Under the pieces are notes generated by a model. It did not search any database. It had not been told where the DNA came from and saw only the letters and a program-made list of their open reading frames with translations. The position numbers were made by a program, and so were the translations under genes. DNA of 47,379 bases from a virus. Its lineage: Duplodnaviria; Caudoviricetes. The stretch spans positions 1 to 47,379 of IMG/VR virus record IMGVR_UViG_3300030107_003655; one strand, written 5' to 3'. Shown here in pieces: positions 46,088 to 47,379 of this stretch. Position 1 is the stretch's first letter. Each line of letters begins with the position of its first letter.

Positions 46088-46095
46088 CTAACTAC

Positions 46096-46215
46096 TTATC
46101 TACTTTTATTTTTTCTACGCTTGATTCTTTCTATCTGTGCAGGTGTTCTACCATTTGCTTTTAGTAGAGCGTTCTTTTTTCTCTTAGCTACTTTTACTAA
46201 CTTACTACGTCTCAT
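46096..46215 (-). CDS. Very basic protein, 39 aa (not in ORF track)
   Basis: MRRSKLVKVAKRKKNALLKANGRTPAQIERIKRRKNKSR; AAGGAG RBS. Confidence 0.7.
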   Translation of the reverse strand: MRRSKLVKVAKRKKNALLKANGRTPAQIERIKRRKNKSR

Positions 46216-46255
46216 CTATTCTCTCCTTTATGAGGGTTGTTTTTTCTATTAAATC

Positions 46256-46732
46256 TTATCCTATACCTTTACTACTACTAGAAGCGTATCTACTTCTATC
46301 ATATACTCTCATATCTACTTTCTTTGACCTTCTACTATGAAATGGAGTATTACCGAATCTTCTACGACTACTAACTGCTAATTTCCTTTGCCTCTCTATT
46401 GCTTCTTCTACTTCTTCTTGTTTTAGAGTAGTCGCAAGAGATATTTTCTTGTACGATGTTTTACTATCTATATCATACACGTTTACTATTTTCTTATCTA
46501 CAAAAGCCTTTTTTCTAAACATTTCTATTAGTTGCCAAACTTTACGCATAGCATTAGTACAATTTTCTAATAGAATAGGCTTATCTATAGAAGAATCACG
46601 TATATCTATTGTATAGTTCTTACCATCTAATTTTGAGATATAAATATCTATTACACCTTTACTATTATATTTGAATACGTCAATCGGTGTAGGAGACTGC
46701 ATATCTACTATTAAATTGTCTCTACTATTCAT
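46256..46732 (-). CDS. Hypothetical early protein, 158 aa, basic C-terminus
   Basis: AGGT RBS; long ORF. Confidence 0.7.
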   Translation of the reverse strand: MNSRDNLIVDMQSPTPIDVFKYNSKGVIDIYISKLDGKNYTIDIRDSSIDKPILLENCTNAMRKVWQLIEMFRKKAFVDKKIVNVYDIDSKTSYKKISLATTLKQEEVEEAIERQRKLAVSSRRRFGNTPFHSRRSKKVDMRVYDRSRYASSSSKGIG

Positions 46733-46829
46733 TTTTCTATTACCTATTTTAATTTCTACTATTTTAACTTTCTACAAAATTCTTATCTACTATTTAACAT
46801 TTATTAGATAAGAAGTTAATAGATGAGTT

Positions 46830-46865
46830 AAAGTAAAATGAGGCTAGTTAATACTAACCCCATTC
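46830..46865 (-). terminator. Intrinsic terminator after the 46880-47143 gene
   Basis: On -: ATGGGGTTAGT/ACTAGCCTCAT stem followed by TTTACTTT. Confidence 0.6.
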
Positions 46866-46879
46866 TACTATGAGCCGTT

Positions 46880-47143
46880 CTACTTATTTACATTAATAGA
46901 ACATTTACTGAATGTTTCATTGTTTCTACTAAACATCTCTACTATCCTATCTCTGTTTTCCTCTACCCAACTATTAAGCTGTGTTTCTATTCTAGTAAAC
47001 CCGTCCATTTCTCGCAATAGATTTAACTTATTTCGAGTTTTATCACTAGCTAGTTTTGACTCAATAGCTTTATTATAGCCATCTTTATCGATAATACCTG
47101 CATCTAACATCTTTCTTAAATGTGCATTACTTATCTTGCTCAT
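46880..47143 (-). CDS. Hypothetical early protein, 87 aa
   Basis: AAGGAG RBS; mostly synonymous differences from the copy at 1-164 support coding. Confidence 0.85.
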   Translation of the reverse strand: MSKISNAHLRKMLDAGIIDKDGYNKAIESKLASDKTRNKLNLLREMDGFTRIETQLNSWVEENRDRIVEMFSRNNETFSKCSINVNK

Positions 47144-47379
47144 TACTTTTCTCCTTTTATTAGTTTGTCTAATGATATATTCTACTAAAGATTATCTATT
47201 GAATACCTCACTAGATTTGTATTTATTTTGTTTCATAGGCAAACTTAAGCATAATAAAAGAAATTTCCTATAAAATTATTCAATAGTATAAAAGTTTCAT
47301 TGGAGTGTTTTTCTAAAAGTCAATAGTTATTTTTAGGAATGTGACGCACATCACACTTGGGAAAGTGTCTATTGACTCG
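46980..47379 (+). repeat. Right copy of imperfect terminal direct repeat
   Basis: Matches 1-402. Confidence 0.95.

Larger units (their letters stand above)
1..47379. mobile_element. Complete or near-complete tailed phage genome, podovirus-like
   Basis: Terminase-portal-scaffold-capsid-tail-ejection genes on +, replication/early genes on -, redundant ends, no host housekeeping genes. Confidence 0.95.

Noticed and set aside
674-46252. Antisense and nested ORFs in the track (e.g. 674..922, 2337..2714, 14847..15200, 35090..35539, 37464..37913, 46022..46252)
   Set aside because: They overlap well-supported genes, lack RBSs and have shadow-like composition.
1-47379. Stop-codon reassignment
   Set aside because: Genes are intact under code 11, TAG and TGA end several coupled genes, and I saw no suppressor tRNA.
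1-47379. Prophage or lysogeny module
   Set aside because: No integrase, att site, CI-like repressor, ParA or flanking host genes recognised.

Overview
This window is an apparently complete, AT-rich, tailed dsDNA phage genome of about 46.98 kb unique sequence. Bases 1-402 recur, imperfectly, at 46980-47379. The gene layout is podovirus-like (P22/T7-type). The + strand arm (1.5-33.8 kb) carries a HExxH peptidase, a metallophosphoesterase, TerS, a gamma-glutamylcyclotransferase, TerL, portal, scaffold, major capsid, adaptor/tail proteins, a tail fibre, a dispersed lysis module with an M15 peptidase endolysin, a split tail nozzle, four large ejection-type proteins and an ADP-ribosyltransferase-like gene. 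The - strand arm (33.8-47.1 kb) carries a DnaB helicase, Hjc-like resolvase, SSB, Rad52/Sak annealase, Cas4-like nuclease, a pyrimidine-dimer glycosylase-like gene, many small ORFs, and a cluster of two Zn-ribbon-fused amidoligases around a class II glutamine amidotransferase. I recognised no DNA polymerase, primase, integrase, methyltransferase, tRNA or CRISPR array. The most notable observations are: the amidoligase/GATase cluster with its GGCT partner moved to the late operon; apparent genome-wide avoidance of GATC, CATG, CCWGG, GCWGC and GGWCC; a control region with a CRP box centred in a dyad plus three Fur-like boxes; a probable ATT start for the portal; two candidate structured RNAs at 36.3-36.8 kb; and an identical decapeptide shared by the adaptor-like and ART-like proteins. 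All protein calls come from motifs read by eye, not from database searches.
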